A stretch of 64,000 nucleotides of DNA from Nanobdellota archaeon (GTDB taxonomy: Archaea > Nanobdellota > Nanobdellia > Pacearchaeales > GW2011-AR1). Of this stretch, positions 63,578 to 64,000 are shown in pieces. The stretch is taken from assembly GCA_024654565.1 (NCBI GenBank), contig JANLHM010000010.1, positions 1,461 to 65,460 on the forward strand. The letters are read 5' to 3'. A program made the position numbers and the translations under genes. Each line of letters opens with the position of its first letter. Within the stretch, counting starts at the first letter, position 1. The notes beneath the pieces are model-generated. The model was given only the letters and a program-made list of their open reading frames with translations. It had not been told where the DNA came from and did not search any database.

Positions 63578-63976
63578 ATGAAAAAGAAAAATTCACAAAT
63601 AAAGGGAACTCCTGTTCATATAAAACTAGACAGTTACGAAGCAATTGAGGGAAAAAAAGATTTGTTGTCTTCTGAAATAAGTTTGTTAAAAATTTCAAGA
63701 AGCCTCTCTAACTACAAAAGATTAAGAAGTGATGAACTGTCAAAAAAACAACTTATAAGAAAAAAATTTTCTGAAGTTAAAAAAGATTTAACAAAAATTC
63801 AAAATCTCCTTCCTATTTTAAAACTTCCAAAGATACTTCAGAAAAGTGAAAGTCCAAGTGAAGAAGAAGATGAAGAATTAAAGTTAGAAATCTCTCCAAT
63901 TAAAAGCTATGACATTGAAAATCAATTAAGAGAAATTCAAAAAAAGCTTGAAAGGTTACCCGGATATTCCTCTTAA
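63578..63976 (+). CDS. Hypothetical coiled-coil protein
   Basis: 132-aa ORF starting directly after the previous stop. No motif. Confidence 0.4.
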   Translation: MKKKNSQIKGTPVHIKLDSYEAIEGKKDLLSSEISLLKISRSLSNYKRLRSDELSKKQLIRKKFSEVKKDLTKIQNLLPILKLPKILQKSESPSEEEDEELKLEISPIKSYDIENQLREIQKKLERLPGYSS

Positions 63977-64000
63977 AATCTCCTTAACACAAAAATTTAA

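Overview
AT-rich (about 30% G+C by eye), very gene-dense chromosomal fragment of an archaeon, with many 1-4 nt gene overlaps. It carries archaeal information-processing genes: TBP, TFE, an intein-containing MCM, ATP-dependent DNA ligase, aIF-1A, aIF-2beta, GatD/GatE, deoxyhypusine synthase, archaeal-type ProRS, RtcB plus archease, and SRP RNA. It also has pilins with class III signal peptides, generally short proteins, and several bacterial-looking genes (MnmA, DisA, SpoIIM-like, an EpmB-sized KamA). Together this fits a small-genome DPANN-type archaeon; that is an inference, and no database search was run. Content: about 80 CDS, 3 tRNAs (Leu-UAA, Asn-GUU, Arg-UCG), 1 SRP RNA, no rRNA, no CRISPR. 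Most of the window is housekeeping. The observations most worth follow-up: (1) an HTH plus Vsr/DUF559-like nuclease ORF sits between a promoter-bearing 5' tRNA fragment and an intact tRNA-Asn, and reads into that tRNA; (2) a duplicated module of class IIb aaRS followed by a paralogous nucleotidyltransferase (AspRS-NTase-AsnRS-NTase) lies in one long co-directional gene string; (3) a DisA-type diadenylate cyclase, an unknown 269-aa protein and a stand-alone DHH/DHHA1 phosphoesterase form a possible c-di-AMP module; (4) an 87-bp in-frame, GC-richer insertion flanked by 23-nt direct repeats interrupts the ogt active-site region, next to a 55-nt tandem repeat and tRNA-Leu; (5) a metallophosphoesterase 5' fragment is duplicated upstream of an M14-like gene. 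Items 1, 4 and 5 share one architecture: an insert flanked upstream by a partial copy of the downstream target. Other points are a Tad-like type IV pilus locus beside a secreted SNase-LTD nuclease, a TFE with an SPKK-containing lysine-rich tail, and an 11-nt phased repeat array in a divergent promoter. Functional calls come from motifs I recognise in the translations. No HMM, BLAST or folding program was run, so family assignments and RNA boundaries are approximate.
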